DNA of 64,000 nucleotides from NCBI GenBank assembly GCA_003283905.1, contig QBXA01000004.1, positions 11,975 to 75,974 of the forward strand, given 5' to 3'. The notes below the pieces were generated by a model, which was given only the letters and a program-made list of their open reading frames with translations, was not told the origin of the DNA and did no database searches. Below are positions 1 to 9,048 of this stretch, one piece after another. The stretch comes from Pelagibacteraceae bacterium AG-319-F18. Lineage in GTDB: Bacteria; Pseudomonadota; Alphaproteobacteria; Pelagibacterales; Pelagibacteraceae. A program made the position numbers and the translations under genes. The stretch's first letter is position 1, and each line of letters begins with the position of its first letter.

Positions 1-1
1 A

Positions 2-376
2 GATAAAAAACATTCTTTAAAAATAATCAATGTCAAAGGTAGAGATTTCAAAATAGAAAATTTTTACGAAGGAATTGTTAGATTTAACTTTAAAGAACTA
101 TGTGATAAAAACTTAGGTGCAGAAGATTATTTAGAAATTATTAAAAACTGTAAATTTATTGTAATAAATCAAATACCACAATTTGATGACATTAATTCAA
201 ATCAACAACAACGTTTTATTACTTTATTAGATGTAATTTATGACAAAAACATTCCAATAGCAGTTACAGCAAATCAAAACCTAGATGAATTTACCTCATC
301 AAAATTGTTAGAAAAACCATTTAAACGTACTATCAGTCGTTTATACGAGTTAACATCAATGGATTATAAAAAATGA
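2..376 (+). CDS. zapE: C-terminal part of AFG1/ZapE-family ATPase (truncated by window start)
   Basis: My translation of frame 2 (not in ORF track): ...RFNFKELCDKNLGAEDYLEI...QQQRFITLLDVIYD...FKRTISRLYEL...stop at 374-376, matching ZapE C-terminal motifs. Confidence 0.85.
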   Translation, partial: DKKHSLKIINVKGRDFKIENFYEGIVRFNFKELCDKNLGAEDYLEIIKNCKFIVINQIPQFDDINSNQQQRFITLLDVIYDKNIPIAVTANQNLDEFTSSKLLEKPFKRTISRLYELTSMDYKK

Positions 377-478
377 AACAAGAATTTTATAATCTTAAAT
401 AGAAACGTGTGGTCAAAAATTATATGAATTTACCAATCAAACAATTGAATGGATTAATAAAAACAATTTTAATAATTA

Positions 479-940
479 TTAAATAAAAGGATCATACGCC
501 CATTGAAGTATTGCTTGTCTTTGTCTTCTTCTGCATCTCAAATCTCCTTCTTCACAATTTTTTTTTATTGCTTTGACATGTCTTGTAAAATTTTTCCATC
601 TTTTGATTTGAATTTCATCAATATGAGGTATACGTCTTCCCATTGAAAATCTGCAGTACCATTGAAACCAACCAAGAGGATCTTCTTTAAATATCCATCC
701 TTTTTTTATCCAATGATCCCTTGATAAACCTGACTTAACTTTAAAACGATTTAAATTTACATCAAAATTTTTACTTATTTTAGATTTTGAAAACCAAGAT
801 TTTGGATATTCTTTTATTTTCAAACCAAAGTAAGCTCCACCAAACACTCCAAGTTCGAGCATTTTTTTTGGTGTTAGTTGAGGCTTAAAAATTTTGTAAT
901 AATCTAAATTATCAACTTTTTTTCTTATAATCTTTTTCAC
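479..940 (-). CDS. Conserved hypothetical protein, basic and Trp/Arg-rich
   Basis: 153 aa ORF with GTG start; motifs LTPKKMLELGVFGG and DPLGWFQWYCRF look conserved; 15 bp downstream of the lyase gene. Confidence 0.7.
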   Translation of the reverse strand: MKKIIRKKVDNLDYYKIFKPQLTPKKMLELGVFGGAYFGLKIKEYPKSWFSKSKISKNFDVNLNRFKVKSGLSRDHWIKKGWIFKEDPLGWFQWYCRFSMGRRIPHIDEIQIKRWKNFTRHVKAIKKNCEEGDLRCRRRQRQAILQWAYDPFI

Positions 941-955
941 TGATACAATTAATAA

Positions 956-2083
956 TTATTCTTTTAAAAGCTTTTGATACATTTCTTGATCTGTATCACC
1001 TTCACAGCCAATTACTAAAACATTTGAGTTTTGATTTAATTTTAAATTTAGTTTTATATTTTGATCTTCGCAGCTAGCAATTAAACTGATTACTCCTGGT
1101 GCAGAATTTTCACCTGCTATTATGCCTTCGTCACTAAAGCTTGCATTTCCAAGTAATTTCATAGTTTTTGCAATATCATCATCTGGTAAACTGATGCAAT
1201 GTTTAACGGAATTTTTTAAAATCTCCCATGGAACTAAAGACACTTCGCCACAAGACATTCCACCCATTAAACTTTCTCTTTTAATATCAATCTTTTCTAT
1301 TCTTCCAGTTTTAATACTCTCCATAACACAAGCAGCACTGTCAGGTTCAACCACTAAAGTAACCGGAATATTATCTAAGTATCTTGCGATACCCGCAACC
1401 ATTGCTCCTGCCATACCTCCGACTCCAGCCTGCAATATTATATGAGTAATTTCTTCATTTTTGATTAGATCTATAATTTCTTTCATCATAACCGTGTACC
1501 CAGCCATTGTATATTTAGGAACTTCCATATAATTTTTCCAAGCAACATCTTGAACTATCTGCCAATTATTTTTTGTGGATTGTTTGATGCATTCAATTAA
1601 TGATTTTTCATAATTACCTTTTACTTTAACTACATCTGCTCCAAGATCTGCCATGGCCTGACCTCTAGCATCACTTACAAATTCACTAATAAAAATTTTA
1701 CACTTTAAACCTAATCTTCTTGCACCCCAGGCAACAGATCTTCCATGGTTTCCAGCGGTTGCAGTAGCAACAATTGTGTCTTTATTTCCTTGAGTTACTT
1801 TTTCAACAGCATAAGCACCACCCAGCGCTTTAAATGATTTTAAATCAAATCTTTTACTTTCATCTTTATAGTAAATATTTTTAAGACTTAACTCTTTTGA
1901 CAATTTATTTAAAGATATCAATGGAGTAGGTGCGTATCTTTCCCATTTTGAAATACTAGAATAAGCATCGTCTATTTCTTTTTTAGAGAGTGAACTTAAT
2001 ATTTGATTTTTATCAAAAGAATAATTTTTATTATCAATGAATTCAGAATATTTCCATTGATGACCGTTAGATAAAATTGTCAT
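956..2083 (-). CDS. dpaL: Diaminopropionate ammonia-lyase (PLP fold type II)
   Basis: YAPTPL, KDESKRFDLKSFKALGGAYA (PLP lysine), ATAGNHGRSVAWGA, LQAGVGGMAG, EGDTD motifs. Confidence 0.85.
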   Translation of the reverse strand: MTILSNGHQWKYSEFIDNKNYSFDKNQILSSLSKKEIDDAYSSISKWERYAPTPLISLNKLSKELSLKNIYYKDESKRFDLKSFKALGGAYAVEKVTQGNKDTIVATATAGNHGRSVAWGARRLGLKCKIFISEFVSDARGQAMADLGADVVKVKGNYEKSLIECIKQSTKNNWQIVQDVAWKNYMEVPKYTMAGYTVMMKEIIDLIKNEEITHIILQAGVGGMAGAMVAGIARYLDNIPVTLVVEPDSAACVMESIKTGRIEKIDIKRESLMGGMSCGEVSLVPWEILKNSVKHCISLPDDDIAKTMKLLGNASFSDEGIIAGENSAPGVISLIASCEDQNIKLNLKLNQNSNVLVIGCEGDTDQEMYQKLLKE

Positions 2084-2086
2084 AAT

Positions 2087-3412
2087 CTAACAGTCTAAAG
2101 TATTATTTTTTTCCCACTTTGTAACACTTTGTTTTTTGCTAAAATTTTCCTTTAATTTAAATTCTTTAATCTCCGAACTTCTTAATTTAATATAACTTTT
2201 GACTACTTCTTTACCAAAAGCTTCATTCATTTCTTTATTATTTTTTAATAGTTCTAATGACTGTTCTAACTCATCAGGAAGTTTTGGAAGATTTGGGTAT
2301 TTTTCATGATCTTCATACATATTACAATGAAGTGGTTTTCCTGGATCAATTTTATTTTTTAAACCATATAATCCTGCGGCTAATACACTGGCTTGTAATA
2401 AATATGGATTAACAGATCCATCCATTAATCTTAATTCAAATCTACCTGGATCAGGGATTCTGATCATGTGTGTTCTGTTATTACCAGTGTAAGATATGCT
2501 ACTAGGAGACCATGTTGCGCCAGATTTTGTTGGTGGAGCATTTATTCTTCTATAACTATTAATTGTCGGATTAAAAAAAGCTGATAAAGAAGAAGCGCTC
2601 TTAATAACGCCGCCCAAAAAATTATAAGCCATTTTGCTCAAACCGAGTTTATCTGATTTATCTAAAAATTTATTTTTTTTACCTTGCCATACAGATATAT
2701 GCGCATGACATCCGTTACCGGTTAAATTTTCAAACGGTTTAGGCATAAACGTTGCTCTTAAACCATGTTTTTCAGAAATAGTTTTAACCATATACTTAAA
2801 AAATGTATGTCTATCTGCAGTTTTTAAACAATCCGAATAATCCCAATTCATTTCAAATTGACCATTAGCATCCTCGTGATCGTTCTGATATGGACCCCAA
2901 CCCATTTCAATCATGCTGTCACAAATTTCTTTAATTAAATCATATCTTCTCATTAATGCTGATTGATCGTAACAAGGTTTGGATTGAGTATCTCTAGGGT
3001 CAGCAATAGAATTTCCATCTGGAGAAATTAAAAAATATTCGCATTCTACACCTGATTTCATTGTTAGATTTTGCTTTTTAAGTTTTTCAATTTGTCTTTT
3101 AAGCATTACTCTTGGGGATGCTTCAACAGGTTTGCCATTCATCCACAAGTCTGATGCTAACCAACCAACTTCTTTATTCCAAGGTAATTGAATTAAACTA
3201 TCAGGGTCAGGTACACCAAACATATCCGAATCTGCTGGCGACATATCAAGCCATGCTGCGAAACCAGCAAATCCAGCTCCAGCGCTTTGCATTTCCTTTA
3301 TAGCTTGAGCAGGAACTAATTTAGATCTTAACACTCCAAATAGATCAACAAAACTTATTAGAAAATATTTTATTTTTTTTTGCTGAGCAATTTTGAATAG
3401 GTTTTTAGACAT
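2087..3412 (-). CDS. gmaS: Type III glutamate-ammonia ligase / gamma-glutamylmethylamide synthetase
   Basis: DLFGVLRSKLVP, GAGFAGFA, KPCYDQSALMRRY, QNDHEDANGQFEMNW, SGATWSP, NNRTHMIR motifs; same locus as mgsABC. Confidence 0.88.
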   Translation of the reverse strand: MSKNLFKIAQQKKIKYFLISFVDLFGVLRSKLVPAQAIKEMQSAGAGFAGFAAWLDMSPADSDMFGVPDPDSLIQLPWNKEVGWLASDLWMNGKPVEASPRVMLKRQIEKLKKQNLTMKSGVECEYFLISPDGNSIADPRDTQSKPCYDQSALMRRYDLIKEICDSMIEMGWGPYQNDHEDANGQFEMNWDYSDCLKTADRHTFFKYMVKTISEKHGLRATFMPKPFENLTGNGCHAHISVWQGKKNKFLDKSDKLGLSKMAYNFLGGVIKSASSLSAFFNPTINSYRRINAPPTKSGATWSPSSISYTGNNRTHMIRIPDPGRFELRLMDGSVNPYLLQASVLAAGLYGLKNKIDPGKPLHCNMYEDHEKYPNLPKLPDELEQSLELLKNNKEMNEAFGKEVVKSYIKLRSSEIKEFKLKENFSKKQSVTKWEKNNTLDC

Positions 3413-3429
3413 GATTTAGTTTATCACAA

Positions 3430-3582
3430 TTATCTAAAAAAAGAAAAAATAGTTTCTTTATAATAAATTAAATTTACAACTATTATTATAATTATAGCAA
3501 GCACTACACCATACTTAGCTTTAGGAAAAGCTACTCCTCTCATTTTGGTAGGTCGAAGTTCTTCGTTATTTTTATCTGTCAT
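3430..3582 (-). CDS. Small single-pass membrane protein (50 aa), absent from the ORF track
   Basis: My translation: MTDKNNEELRPTKMRGVAFPKAKYGVVLAIIIIIVVNLIYYKETIFSFFR*; fills the gap between the terminator and gmaS. Confidence 0.65.
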   Translation of the reverse strand: MTDKNNEELRPTKMRGVAFPKAKYGVVLAIIIIIVVNLIYYKETIFSFFR

Positions 3583-3591
3583 ATTTTAATC

Positions 3592-3624
3592 AAAAAAAAA
3601 GGGCGCCACAATTAAGTAGCGCCC
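3592..3624 (-). terminator. Rho-independent terminator downstream of amt and the small membrane protein gene
   Basis: GGGCGC...GCGCCC stem at 3601-3624 with A9 at 3592-3600 (U-tract on the - strand). Confidence 0.85.
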
Positions 3625-3639
3625 AAATTTTTCTTTTAA

Positions 3640-3864
3640 TTACCAATCGGTAATATTGCTTTTATGATCATTAGCACCATGTTTCTTTCTAGCTAATCTT
3701 GAAAGTTCTTCACTTTCAGATTTGTTAGTAAGAACATGCCAACCAATCCAGATCACTACACCCAGAATAACCAGTAAAGTTTCGCTAGATCCAGCTCCCG
3801 GATAAACTGCTCCGACAACCTCCTTAGCACTTAAATGATCTATCCAGTTTGTTACTGTAGCCAT
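3640..3864 (-). CDS. Small membrane protein (74 aa) co-transcribed with amt
   Basis: One hydrophobic helix (LLVILGVVIWIGWHVL); AGGAG RBS just upstream; 11 bp after the amt stop. Confidence 0.75.
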   Translation of the reverse strand: MATVTNWIDHLSAKEVVGAVYPGAGSSETLLVILGVVIWIGWHVLTNKSESEELSRLARKKHGANDHKSNITDW

Positions 3865-3875
3865 ATATTTCTCCT

Positions 3876-5276
3876 TTACCTAGTTGCAGATGAAACTGCT
3901 TTTTCATCACCTTTAGCAGACTCCATCATTTCATAGTCTAGTCCAGCTATTTCTACTTCACGTGGGATTCTTAATTTACCCATTCCGTTTAGTATTTTAG
4001 CTATGACATAGCCTGGTATTAGTCCAAGTACTACGAACATTATTATTGCTCCTAGGAATTGTCCTAATGGATTGATTGATGCATAAGTTGATCCGTCCCA
4101 CATAGCTCCAACACTGTATCCAGAAGAAGGATAGCCATTTAAAACAAATCCACAAATGATTAGACCAACAACACCAGCATAACCATGTACTGCTACTGCA
4201 CCAACCGCATCATCGATTTTGAACTTACGTTCAACCCAGTAATGTAGTTTGTATGCAATTACAACACCGATCATACCAATGATCATTGCTTGAATTGGAT
4301 GATATAAATCATTTCCAGCCGAAGCACAGATAACACCTGCTAGTCCACTTGAGTAAGTCCAGAAAGGATCACCTTTAGCGATCACATAACCAGCTAATAA
4401 TCCACCTGATAACGACATCAAGAAGTTCATTGTAATACCACTAAGTGTAGTAGGGGTTACGTATATGTTTGTAGCTGTCCAGTATGTTACACCTTCCATT
4501 CCATATTCAGGTCCAAGATCAAATATCGGTATATTACATGCCGCATAGAATCCCCAGAAACCAGTATAAATTAAAAATAATCCAATTGTTACTAGCCAAG
4601 GATTTCTTGGTCCTATATTTCTTGGTTCACCACTTGATGAGAATTTTCCAATTCTTGGTCCTAAAACCATAAGAACACCTAAGGCAAATCCACCAGCAAT
4701 AGCGTGAATTACACCTGATGCATAAGCATCATGATATCCTAAAAGTTTTAACATCCATCCATCAAAGTGCCATCCCCAAGCAGCATCAATTGTCCAAAAT
4801 ACAGACCCAATTGCAATTGCTAAAATTCCAAATGCAAAAGTTGTAATTCTTTCAATGATTGCTCCTGAAACGATAGAAGCAGCTGTCCATGAGAATAGTA
4901 AGAAGGCTGCCCAGAATACTCCACTTATGTGATCATTCAAGTTGATCGCCATAAACTCAGTATTTGGCAAATACCATTTCGCACTAAAAGTACTTTCATC
5001 GGTTATCAATGCAGCACTTTCATTCATTATTGATGGGGCTAGTCCCGGTCCTGTTGGGAATGCCCAGTAAATCCACCAACCAAAGAAAAACCAAGTTACT
5101 GTTACCAAAGGTATCAGCATTGTATTTTTCATAAGAGTATGTTGGTGATGTTTGTATCGAGATGCTCCAACTTCATACATACAGAAACCGACGTGAATTA
5201 AAAACATCAGTACCACTGTTACCCAGTAGTAAAATTCTGTAAATATGGTTGTAAGAGCCCCTAACTGATCAGTCAT
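3876..5276 (-). CDS. amt: Amt/Mep/Rh-family ammonium (possibly methylammonium) transporter
   Basis: Multi-TM protein; IVSGAIIER, HDAYASGVIH, LGPRIGKF, IDDAVGAVAVHG, EIAGLD motifs. Confidence 0.9.
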   Translation of the reverse strand: MTDQLGALTTIFTEFYYWVTVVLMFLIHVGFCMYEVGASRYKHHQHTLMKNTMLIPLVTVTWFFFGWWIYWAFPTGPGLAPSIMNESAALITDESTFSAKWYLPNTEFMAINLNDHISGVFWAAFLLFSWTAASIVSGAIIERITTFAFGILAIAIGSVFWTIDAAWGWHFDGWMLKLLGYHDAYASGVIHAIAGGFALGVLMVLGPRIGKFSSSGEPRNIGPRNPWLVTIGLFLIYTGFWGFYAACNIPIFDLGPEYGMEGVTYWTATNIYVTPTTLSGITMNFLMSLSGGLLAGYVIAKGDPFWTYSSGLAGVICASAGNDLYHPIQAMIIGMIGVVIAYKLHYWVERKFKIDDAVGAVAVHGYAGVVGLIICGFVLNGYPSSGYSVGAMWDGSTYASINPLGQFLGAIIMFVVLGLIPGYVIAKILNGMGKLRIPREVEIAGLDYEMMESAKGDEKAVSSATR

Positions 5277-5402
5277 ATATCTCTCTCCATATTAGTTTTT
5301 AAAACTCTATTAAATTTTTTAGAATGATACAAATAAAAGAATTGTTAAAAACCTATTGTGAACACTAGATTTTTAAAAAATAAACAACCTTGAATTGTGT
5401 TA

Positions 5403-5819
5403 TTAGAATTTTAAATAAGCTTTTTTTAAATCAACAAGAGGATGTTTTGGAGACATTTGAAACTTAATTAAAAGCTCTCTTGCAATCATATCTCTATCTT
5501 GTTGGTTGTTTGGTAGTTTAATCGTTTTAGGAATAGTAACCCATCCATTAGCATTTCTACAGAATACAGCAGGTCTTCCTTCTTCATAACCCATATGCAC
5601 ATCTTCTAGCCAGTTAAGATCATCCCAACCCATAGCTTCCACATATTTTTTTAGAAATGGTGTAATTTTTTTATAGTCTGGAAGTAGATTAACGTCATAT
5701 CTGTAACCAATATGTTGACCAATTAGTTTTTCTCTTGCTGTTTCTTTAAAAGTACCAAGCTTCATTTTTTTCTCTTTTTTTGGTTTGCTTTTAATCTTTT
5801 TATTTTTTTTCTTAACCAT
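5403..5819 (-). CDS. Hypothetical protein at the end of the mgs operon
   Basis: 138 aa ORF 8 bp after mgsC, with GAGG RBS; Lys-rich N-terminus. Confidence 0.7.
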   Translation of the reverse strand: MVKKKNKKIKSKPKKEKKMKLGTFKETAREKLIGQHIGYRYDVNLLPDYKKITPFLKKYVEAMGWDDLNWLEDVHMGYEEGRPAVFCRNANGWVTIPKTIKLPNNQQDRDMIARELLIKFQMSPKHPLVDLKKAYLKF

Positions 5820-5827
5820 ATTTACCT

Positions 5828-7231
5828 CTATATTTTATGAAAGTTATCAACACCAACAGTGTAATTAGTTCCTGCTAACGGCACTTTTGCTAAAGCAGAT
5901 GCTTCAGATGTTAATGCAGCTAAATCTTCTGGCTCTAATGAGTGGATATTTGTTTTACCACATGCTCTAGCTAGCAGTTGAGCTTCTAACGTCATTGAAT
6001 GTAAATAGTTATAAACTCTTAAAGCAGCATCATCAGGATTTAATCTTTTTCTTAACTTGGTATCTTGAGTAGCAACACCTACTGGACAACGTCCAGTATG
6101 ACAATGGTAACATTCACCAGCTTTTACTCCCATTTCTTTTTCAAAGTTAGCTTCTGGGATATCTTTGTTGCAATTCAAAGCCATTAATGCTCCTGTTCCA
6201 ATTGCTATTGCATCAGCACCTAGTGCCAAAGCTTTCGCCATATCAGCGCCATCTCTAACACCACCAGCGTAAATTAATGTTACTTTTCCTGTTTTACCAA
6301 CATCGTCCAAAGCTCTTCTAGCTTCTCTTATGCCAGCAATACCTGGAATACCAGTATTTGCAGCAGCTATGTGAGGTCCCGCACCAGTTGAACCTTCCAT
6401 ACCATCTAAAAAGATAGAGTCTGGGTCACACTTTGCAGCCATACGAACATCATCATAAACTTTTGAAGCACCTAATTTTAATTGAATTGGCACTTTGTTT
6501 TTTGTTAGTTGTCTTAATTCTTGAACTTTTAGAGCTAAGTCATCCGGACCTAACCAATCAGGGTGCCTTGCTGGAGACCTTTGATCAATTCCAGAAGGTA
6601 AAGATCTCATTTCTGCAACTTGATCAGTAACCTTTTGCCCCATTAAGTGACCACCCATTCCAACTTTTTGTCCTTGACCAATAAAGACTTCTATCGCGTC
6701 AGCAAGTTGAGCATGATGTGGGTTAAAACCATATCTTGATTGAATACATTGGTAATACCATTTTTCAGAATATCTTCTTTCATCAGGTATCATTCCGCCT
6801 TCACCAGAACATGTTGCGCTTCCAGCCATTGTTGCTCCTCTTGCTAAAGCTGTTTTAGCTTCATAAGAAAGTGCACCAAAACTCATACCAGTAATGTAAA
6901 CAGGAATATCTAACTCAATTGGATTTTCACATCTTGGACCAATTACAGTTTTAGTTTCACATTTTTCTCTGTAACCTTCAATTACAAATCTTGTAAGAGT
7001 ACCTGGTAAGAAAACTAAATCATCAAAAGTAGGAATTTTTTTCATTAATGCCATTCCACGCATTCTGTATCTTCCCAATTGAGATTTAATATGAATATCG
7101 TCTATAACTTCAGGAGTGAAAATAGCATTATAACCGAGTAAACTTTTGTTTCTTTTACCTTCTTCATGAGCATGAACGTCAGCTTTTCCACCAACACCTT
7201 TTCCATTTTTTTTTGATTTTTTCTTAGGCAT
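5828..7231 (-). CDS. mgsC: N-methylglutamate synthase subunit C (FMN glutamate synthase domain, GlxD)
   Basis: GMSFGALS, SGEGG, RHPDWLGPDDL, CYHCHTGRCPVGVATQD Fe-S motif. Confidence 0.88.
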   Translation of the reverse strand: MPKKKSKKNGKGVGGKADVHAHEEGKRNKSLLGYNAIFTPEVIDDIHIKSQLGRYRMRGMALMKKIPTFDDLVFLPGTLTRFVIEGYREKCETKTVIGPRCENPIELDIPVYITGMSFGALSYEAKTALARGATMAGSATCSGEGGMIPDERRYSEKWYYQCIQSRYGFNPHHAQLADAIEVFIGQGQKVGMGGHLMGQKVTDQVAEMRSLPSGIDQRSPARHPDWLGPDDLALKVQELRQLTKNKVPIQLKLGASKVYDDVRMAAKCDPDSIFLDGMEGSTGAGPHIAAANTGIPGIAGIREARRALDDVGKTGKVTLIYAGGVRDGADMAKALALGADAIAIGTGALMALNCNKDIPEANFEKEMGVKAGECYHCHTGRCPVGVATQDTKLRKRLNPDDAALRVYNYLHSMTLEAQLLARACGKTNIHSLEPEDLAALTSEASALAKVPLAGTNYTVGVDNFHKI

Positions 7232-8085
7232 TAAATTGCTCCTTTCTTTTCAGTAGGTTCTAAATTGTCATAATTCCAAAGTTTTTTACCTGCTACAATT
7301 TTTTTCATTTTACTTACATCAAACTTTTCACCAATTTCTGCAACTTTTAATTTTCTTTTTAACCAATCCAGATCACTCTTTGTTAATTCGGCATCTACAG
7401 CATCACTTCCATAAGATCCTATTTTTCCTCCAACAAAAATTGTACCATCGTACATAGAGTCACCTAAGTTTATTCCAACGTCTCCTAAAATAATTATTCT
7501 TCCCCGTTGCATCATGAAACCTGTGAATGCTCCAGCGTCACCACCAACAATAATAGATCCACCTTTCATATCTATACCTGTTCTAGCGCCAACACTTCCT
7601 TTGCAAATTAAATCTCCACCTCTAATAGCTGCTCCAAAACAAGATCCTGCATTTTTTTCAATAACAACTTTTCCAGCCATTAAGTTTTCAGCACAAGACC
7701 AACCAACTCTACCGTTAATTCTAACAATTGGACCATCACATGAACCCATACCAAAATAACCTAAACTTCCTTCAAAGATTAAGTTTAATTTATTTAAAAT
7801 ACCAACACCTAAACTATGTTTTCCTTGAGGATTTTTAATAACAATTGTTCCATAACCTTGACTCATTAAATTATCGATTTCTTTATTAGCCTCAGGAGCA
7901 GTCATATTTTTTACATCAAGATCTGTTCTTTTGTTGAAATCAACATCGTATGTACCAAAATAATAAAAGTTTTCAGCTTCATCAGGGTTAAAAAATTTTT
8001 GTTGAGTTCTTCCTGTTAAAACTTCAGTGTGCATACCCATTGACTGGGATTTAGATTTTTTCTCACTAGTTTTTAGATTTGCCAT
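7231..8085 (-). CDS. mgsB: N-methylglutamate synthase subunit B (GXGXG beta-helix, GlxC)
   Basis: Repeated GXGXG units, e.g. GARTGIDMKGG, GAFTGFMMQRG, LGDSMYDG; overlaps mgsA and mgsC. Confidence 0.85.
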   Translation of the reverse strand: MANLKTSEKKSKSQSMGMHTEVLTGRTQQKFFNPDEAENFYYFGTYDVDFNKRTDLDVKNMTAPEANKEIDNLMSQGYGTIVIKNPQGKHSLGVGILNKLNLIFEGSLGYFGMGSCDGPIVRINGRVGWSCAENLMAGKVVIEKNAGSCFGAAIRGGDLICKGSVGARTGIDMKGGSIIVGGDAGAFTGFMMQRGRIIILGDVGINLGDSMYDGTIFVGGKIGSYGSDAVDAELTKSDLDWLKRKLKVAEIGEKFDVSKMKKIVAGKKLWNYDNLEPTEKKGAI

Positions 8086-9017
8086 ACTTTAACCTCTCCA
8101 TCAAAAGGATCATATGTATCAATTTCTTGTGGAAGAACTGATCTGATTGCTATTTCTTCAGAACCCATTGCAACTAAATCATCTGACTCGTAAAGAACCA
8201 AAGGTTTTGCTGCCATAGTGTCTTTTGCCATTCCTAATGAATCTTTGGTTGCTACAAAGTATGTAAACACTCCATCAAGACCAGATAAAGATTCTTTCAT
8301 ACCTTCTTCAAGAGTTGCTCCTTCTCTCATTTTTTGTGCAATATAAACTGCGATTAATTCAGAGTCACATTCAGACATAAATCTCATTCCTTTATTTTCT
8401 AAAGCTCTTCTGTTATTCCAGTAATTTGTAAGTTGTCCATTATGAACAACAGATACATCACTAAAAGGATATCCCCAGAATGGGTGAGCAGATTTAATAT
8501 CAACACCAGATTCTGTAGCCATTCTAGCATGACCAATAGCATGTGTGCCTACAACTTTATCTAAACTGTATCTATCACAAACCATTTTTGCATTACCTAG
8601 ATCTTTAATTACTTCTAAAGATTTACCCATTGAAAGGATCTCAACACCTGGAATACTTTCTATTTTTTGAGAAAATTCTAACAAGTCTTTTGTATTATAA
8701 TCAATTTCATACCTTAATGAATATGGGAGTGTTCTTTCTTCTTTAACAATTTTAGCTCCCATTTCAGAAAGATATTGATCAACAATTTTTTTTCTTTCAT
8801 CATAAACCGAAACATCTTCCATAACCGATGAACTTCCTTCACCAACATTTTCACCAACTTTAAAACGCATGACAAAATTTTTGCCATCTGTATCAGCATA
8901 TAAAGCGTAACCTGTTGAGTCTTCACCTCTATGTTTTAATGCTTGAAGCATACCTTGCAATTCGCTTCCAACATTAGAAGATTTACCTCTATGAATTAAA
9001 CCTGCAATTCCACACAT
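8073..9017 (-). CDS. mgsA: N-methylglutamate synthase subunit A (class II glutamine amidotransferase, GlxB)
   Basis: N-terminal MCGIAG nucleophile, HRGEDSTG, GHARMATES, AHPF, VHNGQLTN. Confidence 0.88.
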   Translation of the reverse strand: MCGIAGLIHRGKSSNVGSELQGMLQALKHRGEDSTGYALYADTDGKNFVMRFKVGENVGEGSSSVMEDVSVYDERKKIVDQYLSEMGAKIVKEERTLPYSLRYEIDYNTKDLLEFSQKIESIPGVEILSMGKSLEVIKDLGNAKMVCDRYSLDKVVGTHAIGHARMATESGVDIKSAHPFWGYPFSDVSVVHNGQLTNYWNNRRALENKGMRFMSECDSELIAVYIAQKMREGATLEEGMKESLSGLDGVFTYFVATKDSLGMAKDTMAAKPLVLYESDDLVAMGSEEIAIRSVLPQEIDTYDPFDGEVKVWQI

Positions 9018-9048
9018 ATAATTTACCCCTTTTTATTTTATTAAAGAC

